From the NCBI GenBank assembly GCA_951406725.2, contig OX597814.1:115816001-115880000 (forward strand): 64,000 bases of DNA. Reading direction: 5' to 3'. Both the position numbers and the translations under genes were made by a program. Position 1 is the first letter of the stretch, and every line of letters starts with the position of its first letter. This DNA is from Octopus vulgaris (Eukaryota). The notes under the pieces were generated by a model. It saw only the letters and a list, made by a program, of their open reading frames with translations. It ran no database searches and was not told the DNA's origin. Positions 39,506 through 52,363 of this stretch are shown one piece after another.

Positions 39506-41279
39506 ATTTTATTACTACCCACAAGGGGCGAACATAGATGGGACAATACAATCGGGGAACTTAAAATAAGAAAGCGAATGACAAGAAAAGGAAAAAATAA
39601 AAGTAAAAAATGACATATGAAAGAATATTTACAATGAGATGTAAATGCCCACTCGATCCCCGGAATCGAGAGGTTACATTTTCGTCACATATATTTCACA
39701 AAATTTTCTTTTTTCTCTTTTTCTTTTTTCTTCTCACAATTCTATACATATTCTATCATAGTTTCCACTTCTCTGAAGTCTATCACTGAGCCCTCAAGCT
39801 GCCGCTCTCTCATTCGAACCTTCGTGTAAAATATTACACTCTCTCCGGCAGCTCTGAGGAACTCAGCGACTCTTTCTTCGGGGATTAGAGCAGTCTCCTG
39901 CCACCGATCGGTCATCCTGTTGACCCATATATGTCCCTCCGTTTTACATGTCAAGTCTTTCATTTCAGGGCAGAAATGGAAGGTTACTAACTTGTAGTAA
40001 TAGTAATCTTGTTTCCGTCCTACGTTTTCCTTCATTTTCCTTTTCGGACTTATTTCTTCCTTGTTCTCCTCTCTTTGTTTCTCTCTTTCTCTCTTTTTGC
40101 CTTCTTTTCTTTCTCCTTCCTTCTCTTGTCTTTTTGGTTCTTTGTCTGTTCTCTCTTTCTCTCGTGTTTTATGTTCCTTTTCTTTTTCCTTTTTGTGTGC
40201 CGTCTTTTCTTTTCGTTTGATTCTGATCTCTCTCTTGTTTTTTTCCTATTGTTTCTTTTTCCTTTTTTTTTTTTCCTGACTCTGTTTTGGTTCTATTTCT
40301 TTCTTTTCTTTTATTTCTTTTTCCTTCATTGACTTATTATTTCCTTTCTCTTGTTGTTTTGTTTCCTTTTCTATGTTTTCTTTCTCATTTACAGTATTCT
40401 TCTTTTCTTCAAGTTCCTGCTCGCACTCCGCTACGAATTCGTATAACGGGCACTCTTTTTTAATGTGCCCCCTTGTCCCACACAAGTAACAGTTTGGTTT
40501 TCTCCCCTCTACAATTACGCTGAGGGTTTTTTCCTCTTCAATTTCAATTTTGTATGGGAACCTTTCAATATCCTCTTTTGTGACCATCAACCACAATTCT
40601 ACCCCATATCCTCTCCAGTTTACCGCGTTGGACTCCTTAATAGATTCCACCTCCACTTCCTCTTCTGCTGCTCCTAGAATAGCTGTTGCCAGCCATTCTG
40701 TTTTCACTTCTGTGGGTATATTCGGGATTTTAACCCGGACCCCTCTTCTTCCCTTGTATGAGGGCCACATTGTGAATTTTTCGGCTCTTAGTACGGTGGT
40801 AGCCAGTGAGGCTGCAATTTCTTCCGTTGCACATCTCACCTCCACCGTACCAAATTTCTTGCCTCTACTCACGTAGGTTATTTTCCCCATTATGTCTCCC
40901 AAACATTTTTCAATTTCGACTATCTCCACTCTTGCCAGTTTCTTCGTATTTTTGTCTTGGGTTCTGTATGTCACTGTCTTGCTTTCTTTATCCTCTTTTG
41001 CTTTCGCGGGGGGGGGGGGGGATTAGCTTCACGCTATCACCCTCCCTTTTGAAGAGCTTTTCATATTCTTTGAGTTTATCCTTCTCAAAGAAAACCTCCT
41101 TTATGATTATCGACGAATCGTTATTTTTCCCGGTGACCCCCGCGTAAGTCGCCATGACTAGAGGGTCAATTCACCTTCTTCGGAAGGTTTCCACACGTGG
41201 AGGCAAACGCCTCGCGCGATATCAAATCAATTTACACAGAAACAATTTCAACGTCTAGTCACAGATAACAACACGCATA
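39506..41279 (-). mobile_element. ORF1-only retroelement B (ORF 41155-39742, homopolymer frameshifts)
   Basis: CYLCGTRGHIKKEC knuckle, no EN/RT, shared 3' tail, bounded by 15-bp direct repeats. Confidence 0.85.
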
Positions 41280-41294
41280 GATTTCAGACACGTG

Positions 41295-43058
41295 ATTTTA
41301 TTACTACCCACAAGGGGCGAACATAGAGGGGACAATACAATCGGGGAACTTAAAATAAGAAAGCGAAATGACAAGAAAAGGAAAAAATAAAAATAAAAAT
41401 GACAAATGAAAGAATATTTACAATGAGATGCAAATGCCCACTCGATCCCCGGAATCGAGAGGTTACATTTTCGTCACATATATTTCACAAAATTTTCTTT
41501 TTTCTCTTTTTCTTTTTCTTCTCACAATTCTATACATATTCTATCATAGTTTCCACTTCTCTGAAGTCTATCACTGAGCCCTCAAGCTGCCGCTCTCTCA
41601 TTCGAACCTTCGTGTAAAATATTACACTCTCTCCGGCAGCTCTGAGGAACTCAGCGACTCTTTCTTCGGGGATTAGAGCAGTCTCCTGCCACCGATCGGT
41701 CATCCTGTTGACCCATATATGTCCCTCCGTTTTACATGTCAAGTCTTTCATTTCAGGGCAGAAATGGAAGGTTACTAACTTGTAGTAATAGTAATCTTGT
41801 TTCCGTCCTACGTTTTCCTTCATTTTCCTTTTCGGGCTTATTTCTTCCTTGTTCTCCTCTCTTTGTTTCTCTCTTTCTCTCTTTTTGCCTTCTTTTCTTT
41901 CTCCTTCCTTCTCTTGTCTTTTTGGTTCTTTGTCTGTTCTCTCTTTCTCTCGTGTTTTATGTTCCTTTTCTTTTTCCTTTTGTGTGCCGTCTTTTCTTTT
42001 CGTTTGATTCTGATCTCTCTCTTGTTTTTTTCCTATTGTTTCTTTTTCCTTTTTTTTCCTGACTCTGTTTTGGTTCTATTTCTTTCTTTTCTTTTATTTC
42101 TTTTTCCTTCATTGACTTATTATTTCCTTTCTCTTGTTGTTTTGTTTCCTTTTCTATGTTTTCTTTCTCATTTACAGTATTCTTCTTTTCTTCAAGTTCC
42201 TGCTCGCACTCCGCTACGAATTCGTATAACGGGCACTCTTTTTTAATGTGCCCCCTTGTCCCACACAAGTAACAGTTTGGTTTTCTCCCCTCTACAATTA
42301 CGCTGAGGGTTTTTTCCTCTTCAATTTCAATTTTGTATGGGAACCTTTCAATATCCTCTTTTGTGGCCATCAACCACAATTCTACCCCATATCCTCTCCA
42401 GTTTACCGCGTTGGACTCCTTAATAGATTCCACCTCCACTTCCTCTTCTGCTGCTCCTAGAATAGCTGTTGCCAGCCATTCTGTTTTCACTTCTGTGGGT
42501 ATATTCGGGATTTTAACCCGGACCCCTCTTCTTCCCTTGTATGAGGGCCACATTGTGAATTTTTCGGCTCTTAGTACGGTGGTAGCCAGTGAGGCTGCAA
42601 TTTCTTCCGTTGCACATCTCACCTCCACCGTACCAAATTTCTTGCCTCTACTCACGTAGGTTATTTTCCCCATTATGTCTCCCAGACATTTTTCAATTTC
42701 GACTATCTCCTCTCTTGCCAGTTTCTTCGTATTTTTGTCTTGGGTTCTGTATGTCACTGTCTTGCTTTCTTTATCCTCTTTTGCTTTCGCGGGGGGGGGG
42801 ATTAGCTTCACGCTATCACCCTCCCTTTTGAAGAGCCTTTCATATTCTTTGAGTTTCTCTTTCTCAAAGAAAACCTCCTTTATGATTATCGACGAATCGT
42901 TATTTTTCCCGGTGACCCCCGCGTAAGTCGCCATGACTAGAGGGTCAATTCACCTTCTTCGGAAGGTTTCCACACGTGGAGGCAAACGCCTCGCGCGATA
43001 TCAAATCAATTTACACAGAAACAATTTCAACGTCTAGTCACAGATAACAACACGCATA
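41295..43058 (-). mobile_element. ORF1-only retroelement C (ORF 42934-41530, homopolymer frameshifts)
   Basis: Nearly identical to B and head-to-tail with it. Confidence 0.85.
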
Positions 43059-43073
43059 GATTTCAGACACGTG

Positions 43074-44835
43074 ATTTTATTACTACCCACAAGGGGCGAA
43101 CATAGAGGGGACAATACAATCGGGGAACTTAAAATAAGAAAGCGAAATGACAAGAAAAGGAAAAAATAAAAATAAAAATGACAAATGAAAGAATATTTAC
43201 AATGAGATGCAAATGCCCACTCGATCCCCGGAATCGAGAGGTTACATTTTCGTCACATATATTTCACAATAATTTTCTTTTTTCTCTTCTTTCTTCTCTC
43301 TCTTCTCACAATTTTATACGTATTCCATAATACCTTTCAAGTCTCTAAAGTCAATCACTGATCCCTCAGGCAGCCGCTCTTTCATTCGAACACCCGTGTA
43401 AAAAATTACACTCTCTCCAGCTGCTCTGAGGAACTCAGCGACTCTTTCTTCGGGGATCAGAGCAGTCTCCTGCCACTGATCAGTCATCCTGTTGACCCAC
43501 ACATGTCCCTCCGTACTACATGTCAATTCCTTCATTTCGGGGCTGAAATGGAAGGTTATTAACTTGTAGTAATCTTGTTTCCGTCCTACGTTTTCTCTCG
43601 TTTTTCTTTTCGGGCTTACTTCTTCCTTGTTCTCCTCTCTTTGTTTCTCTCTTTCTCTCTTTTTGCCTTCTTTTCTTTCTTCTTCCTTCTCTTGTCTTTT
43701 TGGTTCTTTGTCTGTTCTATCTTTCTCTCGTGTTTTATGTTCCTTTTCTTTTTCTTTTTGTGTGCCGTCTTTTCTTTTCGTTTGGTTCTGATCTCTCTCT
43801 TGTTTTTTTCCTGTTGTTTCTTTTTCCTTTTTCTTTTCCTGACTCTGTTTTGGTTCTATTTCTTTCTTTTCTTTTATTTCTTTTTCCTTCGTTGACTTAT
43901 TATTTCCTTTCTCTTGTTGTTTTGTCTCCTTTTCTATGTTTTCTTTTTCATTTACCGTATTCTTCTTTTCTTCAATTTCCTTCTCATACTCCGCTATGAA
44001 TTCGTATAACGGGCACTCTTTTTTAATGTGCCCCCTTGTCCCGCACAAGTAGCAGTTTGGCTTTCTTCCCTCTACAATTACACTGAGGGTTTTCTCGTCT
44101 TCGATTTCTATTCTATAGGGGAACCTTTCAATGTCCTCTTTTGTGGCCATCAAACACAGTTCTACCCCATATCCTCTCCAATTTACTGCGTTGGACTCCT
44201 TAAAGGATTCCACCTCCACTTCCTCTTCTGCTGCTCCTAGAATAGCTGTTGCCAGCCATTCTGTTTTTACTTCTGGGGGTATATTCGGGATTTTAACCCG
44301 GACCCCTCTTCTTCCCTTGTATGAGGGCCACATTATAAATGTTTCCGCTCTTAGAACAGTGGTAGCCAGTGAGGCTGCAATTTCTTCCGTTGCACATCTC
44401 ACCTCCACCGTACCAAATTTTTTTCCTCTACTCACGTAGGTCGATTTATCCATTATGTCTCCCAGACATTTTTCGATCTCTGCTATCTCCACTCTTGCCA
44501 GTTTCTTTGTACTTTTGTCCTGGGTTCTATACGTTACAGTTTTGTTTTCTTTGTCCTCTTTTGCTTTCGCGGGGGGATTAGCTTCACGCTATCACCCTCC
44601 CTTTTGAATAGTTTTTCATATTCTTTGAGTTTACTCTTCTCAAAGAAAACATCCTTCACGATTATTGCCGAATCATTATTATTCTTTCCCGTGACCCCCG
44701 CGTAAGTCGCCATGACTAGAGGGTCAATTCACCTTCTTCGGAAGGTTTCCAAACGTGGAGGCAAATGCCTCGCGCGATATTAATCACTTTACACAACAAA
44801 ATTTCAACGTCTAATCACAGATAACAACACGCATA
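43074..44835 (-). mobile_element. ORF1-only retroelement D (ORF 44713-43314, one frameshift in a C-run)
   Basis: A diverged sister of B/C with 392 uninterrupted codons to the stop. Confidence 0.85.
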
Positions 44836-45851
44836 GATTTCCGACACGTGTTCAAATCTTTTTTCTCTACATTCTATACTTTATAGACAATAGTGTTTTC
44901 TTTAATTTAATTTTTTATTATCCATCTGGACTATTCCATTTCTGCACGCTAATTTTATTTTTGATTTTTTCCCATTCATGTGAAACCACTTATTCAAGTT
45001 CAAGTCATTGATGCAGTTTTATACCAATTGCTATTTTTACTTTTGTTATGTTACGATTATAGTATACATTAGTTTGATTTAATTATTACTTATTACATAT
45101 AATTCAATTGTTATTATTATTTTTATTGTTAAAGTGAAAGTATCTGACATAAAATAGAGAAACGTTTTTGTTTCATTTTTAACACGTAATACTGAAATAG
45201 TGGAGAAAATATGATATTGCTATGGGCTCGCTCTAGGCAAGAAGTTGAGCATTTTTTTGCCCATGAAACTATATGGACCCTAAGTAAGGCATGTGTAAAA
45301 TTTGAATGAAATTGGTTGTGTAGTTCTCAAGTTTAGGGAATCGTAGTGGAGAAGATATGATATTGCTGTGGGCTCGCCCTAGGCAAAAAGTTAAAATTTT
45401 TTGCCGATGACACACCCCGGACCATAAGTAAGGCATGTGTAAAATTTGAATGAAATTGGTTGTGTAGTTCTCAAGTTTTAGGGAAACACACAGACAGATT
45501 GACAGACAGACAGACAGACACACATTCTCAGTTTTATATGTATAAAGATTAGGGAGTATATCCAAACTTACAGGGAAAAATTAGATTTATTTTGTATTTT
45601 ATGTGTAGATGTATATATATAGATGTACATGTAATATGTACACATATATATACACATATATACATGCACTAGCACTATGACCCGGCAACGACGGGTCTTT
45701 AATGCTAGTATTATAATAATAATAATGATAATAATAATAATAATAATAATAATATATATATATATAAATATATATTTACATGTATATATATGGATGCATA
45801 TATATTCATGTATATGTATACATGTATTTCTATACATATAGATGTATATGT

Positions 45852-45930
<79 letters not shown>

Positions 45931-46382
45931 TGTACATGTAATATGTACACATATATATGCACATATATACATGCATACTTATATACACCCATACACACAC
46001 ACATACATGTGTGCAGGTGTGGCTGTTTGACAACAAACTTCGTTCCAAAACACATGGTCCTGGGTTCAGTCCCACTGTGTGGTGACTTGGCATGTGTCTT
46101 CTGCTATAGCCTCAGACCAACCAAAGCCTTGTCAGTGGATTTTATAGACAGAAACTGAAAGAAACCAATCGTATATATATATTTATGTATATATGTAAGT
46201 CTATGTGTGTGTCTTTGTGTTTCTCCCTCAGCACTGCTTCACAAATGCTGTTCGTATATTTTGAGCCCCGTAACTTACTGGTTTCACAAGAAGAAACTGA
46301 TAGAATAAGTACCAAGCTTATCAAAATAAAAAAAAACCATAGGCAGTATCCCATATTTTTGTTTGCCCACACAATTTATCTT

Positions 46383-46445
<63 letters not shown>

Positions 46446-47204
46446 GGATTTCGTAGCCAGAAACTTAAAGAAATCAATCGTATATATATGTATGTATATA
46501 TCTTAGTGTATGTGTATGATAATAAAAAGTCTGAAAGTACATCTGCAATCAAATAACTTTACTCAACACTTTGCAACTGAATCAGTGGAAGTAAAGATGC
46601 CTCCCGTTTACTCGACAATTTATGCAGCACATTGCAGAAATCACAATCTAAGTGTATGTCAAAGCAAACTCTTACACTGTTGTACCATTGAATTACAAAT
46701 AATGCTCATCTTCTATGCTCGGGTGACCCTACAGCTTCCAAGAGTACAACTGTATTCGTCTTTGCTTAGATGAAATTTTATAAATATTACTTCATTTGTA
46801 TCTAATATCTATGGTTAAAATTTCATTAATAGCAAAATTATATGAATTGTCATGGGGGTTATGGCCCTTATGCATAGAATATAATTTCCAAATTTCCTAA
46901 AGATCCATTCAGTACTTTTGACTTAGTTTTGGATCATAAAAAATGACTAAAATTTGGGGGTTAAGGCCCCCATTAGGGTGTCTTAGAATCCTCATGTGAA
47001 GTGGAAACTTTGGGAATACTTCTTGATGTTCCGGGTTCGTAAGCTTGCTGGGGTACCCAGTAAATCTTCATAGTCATTTCTCAAAAATATTGGAATTCAT
47101 TTCACTAACCACGAGAGAATGAAAGCAAAGTAGACCACATCAGAGAAACATTAAAGAAAAGACAGCCGGGAAAATTTCTGTTATTTTTATAACTCTTAAA
47201 ATTA

Positions 47205-47610
47205 TTAAAATTCCATATCATAAACCACAATTCCTGATGACTGATAACCTATTTGTTCATGGACACTAATAGAAAGAATATTTTCTGGTTGAATTTTGAC
47301 ACTTGGCGTTATTCCTGCTTCAATATACTTAGCTGATAACATAGAGATCAGCGCTTTTGTGCAGCCGCGTCCGCGATAATTAGCATTGACATGCAGATAC
47401 CCGATGGTTCCACAATCGGTCCCCAATCCATAAGCAACTACTTTCTCAATGGAATTACACAAACACACATTTGGGAACGTGTTTATAAGAACATTGATAT
47501 ATTCCTTAGTACTGTCCACTTGTTCGGTTGAAGATTGTTCCCAGGTGTCTGCGATATCGTCCAAATGTTCTGTGGTAAGGATTCCTACGTTCAGATTTGT
47601 TGGTGCTACA
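47205..47610 (-). CDS. GNAT-family (glycine N-acyltransferase/FR47-like) terminal exon, copy 2
   Basis: As copy 1, with TFPNVC instead of TFLNVC. Confidence 0.8.
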
Positions 47611-48526
47611 CTGCAAAAGAAAAAGACTTGAGCATTAACGACACTTCTATTATGATCTTCGTTACTTTATAATTATCATCAATGAATATCTCATTAGGAT
47701 TTATAATTATCATGAATAAGTACCACGTTAAAAATGACAGTAAAATAAGATATATTCGCATTAGGAGATAACTAACGCCTTCACAACTGGTTTACGCACA
47801 TACTAACACCTTCACAATGTCTAAGGTGTGTTTATTTGAGAAATGATTTGACTTGACATTTTAAGTCGCATCTGAAACAATTAGGTCAATGAGGAGCCAT
47901 GAACACATGCATAAACAAGTTTGTGTGGCTGTAGGTGCGATTGTGTGGTTATTAGTTTAGTTGTAAGGTCGCTGGCTTGGCTCTGGTTGAATGCAGGGTT
48001 TGCGTAGTCGCAAATCTCTCATGTACTGCTTCCAAGTTCCACATCGTAGTACAGTGCCTCACTTGACGGACTAAAGCACATGATGGTCTGGTGTTGACAC
48101 TGCATCACCGGACGAGCTATGGCAACGGCCAGGGCGGAGGAGTCTTAATGGGACCAACAACCAGGTGTCCGTGACTGGATGCGACCCACACTATACTTCT
48201 TCGACATCGGCTAGCAGTCAAAAGAGACAGCTCCACTTACAGTGTCTTTCATAGATGCAAGTGCTTGGGCTTCAGGTTAGCACCCCGTCCTCGTTGAAAT
48301 CTCATACTATGAAAATAGTTCGAAGTGGAAACTCTGACTACCTCATGTGTCTCCCGACCTTGGGGCACCTGAGTCTAAAGTCTTAATCACTGGTAGTTCC
48401 GTGTTGTATAAAAGCCAACTAAAGAAATAACACAGTTACATTGATTCTTTCTTTAGGCAATGGTTATATGCAAATATTTCTTCTCCCAAAGGAATCAAAT
48501 GAAATCAAAATATAATTTTTAGTTAC

Positions 48527-48644
48527 CTGCTTTGAAGGGAATTTTCGTCTAAATGATACAAGTTGTACATCTCGCATTTTTTAACAAATTTGTCTTTAGA
48601 TTTCATATATTCTTCTACAACAGTTTTTCTTTCAGAGAGAATGG
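48527..48644 (-). CDS. GNAT-like penultimate exon, copy 2
   Basis: Bounded by AG/GT, open and phase-compatible with the terminal exon. Confidence 0.6.
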
Positions 48645-48762
48645 CTGAATTGAGAGAGAGATAGAAGAAAAGGTGACACTGCATTAGTAATTCTACATTT
48701 CCTTCCTTTCACGATAAATATTTATAGTATATGATATAATACTATACACATGCACGTATATA

Positions 48763-49610
48763 CGAGAGGGTGCTGAAAAGTTCCTGGATTTAAGAGTAAC
48801 GCGAAAAGGTAGAGCTGTTACCTTTACAGGGGAAGAAGGACAACTGTTAAGGAGAAGATATGCAAAAAAAATCATGATGGTATACTATATTTTTATTTTT
48901 ATTTTTGCAGATTTAACGTATGATTGCAGGTCCCACAGTGGATTTGGGTAAAACTGAAGCACATCGTGTTATGAAGTTCTTCTTTTTGTAAAGCAAAGTA
49001 GCTGCGGAAAACCATGGCGAGATAAAGGAAATTTTGAAAGCTGACTGCCCATCTTACTCCACAGTAAAAATCTGGGTGCCAATGTTTCGGACTGGTAATC
49101 AACTTCCCCGACTACGGAGGACAAAGCCGACTCTGTGCACGTCATCATGCTCGAGGACCGCCGGATTTCAACTAAAGTCATAGCTGAAACTATGGGGATT
49201 TTGTGCGAAAGAATTGGTCACATCATCCATAAAATTATTCTGGACATGAGAAAGCTTTCAACGCAATGGGTGCCGAAATACCTGAACGCAGATCAGACGC
49301 GTTTTAGAGTGACGACATCAAAGGCGATTCTGGATCGGTTACAACAGGCGAAGCTGATTTTATGGCAAGCTTAATCTCCCTGGATGAAAGCAGGTTTCAC
49401 CATTGTGACCCTCAGACTAAGCAGCAATCAATGGAAGGACGAAACAGCGGTTCAACGCGTCTCAAGAAGTTTCGGACCTAGAAGTTAGCCAAAAAGGTTC
49501 TGGCTTCAGTGTACTCCTCATAAAATACATACCAAATGGTCGCACCATCAATGCAGAATACCACATGTCTCTTTTAGACGAACTGTGTGATGCTTTGGAG
49601 CAGAAACACT
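48763..49610 (+). mobile_element. Degraded mariner transposon (duplicate of 22396-23260)
   Basis: Same motifs, with an extra ~19-bp deletion near 49512. Confidence 0.85.
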
Positions 49611-50344
49611 GAACCGTTCCAAAGTGATAAAAGTGAGACTAAATTCTTTTCAAAACAGACCAAAATCGAAACCGGATTGCAGGTTATGCCTCGAAGTAAC
49701 TTACCGTTTATTCCGTGACGTTCACCGTAATTTTTTAAATAAAGAACAAAAAAAAAAGTTTTTTAAATTATAAGTTTTTTTTCCGATTAGATGCGTCTCT
49801 GGTATATTTCCCACTGAATTCCTTGTCTAGAGAATTACAGTCATACTCACTCCAGTCTTTTATGGTTTACTTTTATCTTTCACAGTGATTAGATTGCGGT
49901 CATGCTAGAGCACTGCTTTTAATGATGTAGTCAAACAAATAATTTAAAACTGAGTAGTTTTTGCGCCAGTCTTTTTTTGGGTGTTGGTTCTGAATCGCTA
50001 AGTTATGGGAAAAGGACGTCAATAAAACCACTACTGGTTGTCAAGTTGTGCTCTCTCTCTCTCTCTCACGTACATGCGCGCGCGACAGGCTTGTTTCAGT
50101 TTCCCTCTGCGAAATTCACTCACAATGCTTTAGTTGGGTTATAGTAGAAGACATTTGCCCATGCTGCCGTACAGCGAGACTGAACCTGAAACCACTTGGT
50201 TGGGAAGCAAGTTCGTTAATCACACAACCTATGCCTATGAATAAAGTGTAAAAGAAATCCTGCAAATTTGCATACAGGCAAGCAATATTTAATAAATATA
50301 GATACGGAGCGGCGGTTTGGATTTTTATTGTGGAAATTTGCAGA

Positions 50345-50515
50345 ATGGGTAACCGACAGTCATCCATGCCGGTGAGACGACGTCACCCATCTGGTTCTGA
50401 GATTAGATCAGGATTTTCATCCCTAAAACGTATCACAGGAAAAAACTATTATTTTGAAAATTTAGTTCTTGAAGGGAACAATGTAAAGAGCCTGGCTTAT
50501 GTAGGGGCTTTAAAG
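50345..50515 (+). CDS. Patatin-like phospholipase domain protein (ExoU/VipD-like), coding exon 1
   Basis: MGNRQSS...FENLVLEGNNVKSLAYVGALK, then a GTAAGT donor. Confidence 0.88.
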
Positions 50516-51749
50516 GTAAGTGATTTGCTTTTTATTTTCCCTTTTGGTTACGAATAGTTTATATTTTTATTAACGATAAAGGTTGAAAGACAGAGGGGAT
50601 AGCACAAGATGTGGGGGAATTCGCCAACGAATGATAAACGGAATATTTACAAATTTAGAATAAAAATAACGATGAGGAAGTGAGGGACGGATGTGACCCC
50701 ACAAACCACTTTCCACCGCTGGACCTTTTCAGTACTTTTATGTCATCCCTTAAGTAGACACCTTCACTTTCAACATGCATGCCACTTTCATTTTGGTTTC
50801 GAATGTGAACAAACAGAATCTTCGAAGTCACCGTCACCAGTCTTCTTGTAAAAGTATAATTATGTACTCTACGAAAAAGTGAGTAATTCTTCAGTTTAAA
50901 TGTAAAATTGTTTTTTTTTTATTAAGATAGTTTGACATAAAGCTTGCAGAATCGTTAGCATGCCGGGCGAAATGCTTAGTGGCATTTCGTCTCTCTTTAC
51001 GTTCTGAGTTCAAATTCCGACGAGGTCGACTTTGCCTTTCATCCTTTCAGGATCGATAAATTGAGCACCAGTTGCGTGCTGGAGTCGATCTAATCGACTT
51101 GCCCCCTCCCCCAAATTTCGGGCCTTGTGCCTAGAGCAGAAAAGAATATTATATCTCAGCATGAGACGTCAAACTGGCAGAATCGTTAGCATACCGGGCA
51201 AAATGCTTAGCGGCATTTCGTCTGTTTACGTTTTGAGTTCAATGCCATTTGGGGCCGACTTTGCATTTCATCGTTTTGGGGTCGATAAACTGTCTCAGTT
51301 GAGAATTGGGGTAGCTGTACTTGACTTAACCCCTCCCCTTGTATTGCTGGTCTTGTGCCAATTTTTGAAGCCAATTACACAACACAATATAAGGCAGCGA
51401 GTTCGGAATATCGTAAAGGAGCTGGACAAAATGTTTGGCATTTTCCCTGAGTCTTTATGTTCCAAGTTCAAATTCTGCAGAGGTGAATCTTGCCTTTCAT
51501 TGTCTTGGAATCGATGAAATAAGTAACAGCCGAGTACTGGGATGGATTAAATTGACTACTTCCTCTCAAAATCACTGAACTTGTGTCGAAAGTAAAAAGA
51601 ATTATGACTCGACATAAATATAAATCCATTTGTATGCGAGTTTCAACTGCTTCCCATTATTTCTACCGATCTAAAGGAGTCAGTTCCTCTTTAAATATTT
51701 TGAATTGACACTAATCTAAATTGCTCTACCTCAGTATTTTTATTAATAG

Positions 51750-51897
51750 GTGCTGGACAAAGTTGGAATCTTAGGGAAACTGAAAAGATTCGCTGGTGTA
51801 GGAACTAGTGGTGTCATAGCTTCTCTATTAGCTGCCGATTTTGATTGCGATACAGTCCAGAGGTTGTTGAACGAGCATATTGATAATTTGCTATTTG
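51750..51897 (+). CDS. Patatin-like protein, coding exon 2
   Basis: VLDKVGILGKLKRFAGVGTSGVIASLLA...NLLF, bounded by AG/GT, phase 0 to 1. Confidence 0.88.
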
Positions 51898-51958
51898 GTA
51901 AGACTTTAAATCATAAACATTTTTGTACCCTGTTGCAATTTGTTTTTTAAACTAATTT

Positions 51959-52363
51959 GGATCTTTTCGGTTTGAACAGCAGTTTTAAAAAATAATTTCC
52001 ACGTAACTAAACACTTTAAAACTTCCTATCCTGGTAGAATGTGTTTCTAAAACGTCTTTTTCTCTTGGCTTTATTGAGAAAATTCTATAGTTTGTAAGAT
52101 ATTTGGTTTTTTTTTCTTCAATTTCTGCTATTTCAACCAATCAATGACGTCTATTGAGGTAAAAAAACATTGTGCCGTATGAATATGTCCCTCGTTTAAG
52201 AAACAGATTGGGTTTATTTACATTTGTGAAGAAAAAAAGATACCCGTCCCCCTAACCCTAACACAGATTGAAATGCAATAGATCGATACTAGGGTTATAA
52301 TTATGGGCGACAATTTCATATGACATCGCTAGAAAAAAACTGCCGTTCAAACCGAAAAGATCC
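51959..52363. mobile_element. MITE family M
   Basis: Both TIRs and an 8-bp TSD ACTAATTT. Confidence 0.92.

Noticed and set aside
39948-44581. Phe/Leu/Ser-rich plus-strand ORFs resembling membrane proteins
   Set aside because: They are antisense shadows of the Lys/Glu-rich ORF1 sequences.
39506-44835. LTR retrotransposon gag genes or a host zinc-knuckle gene family
   Set aside because: There are no LTRs, PBS or introns. The proteins align by motif with the adjacent LINE ORF1, and the units end in a LINE/SINE-type tail.
45568-46556. YI/IY-repeat ORFs
   Set aside because: They derive from (TA)n, (TAA)n and SINE sequence.
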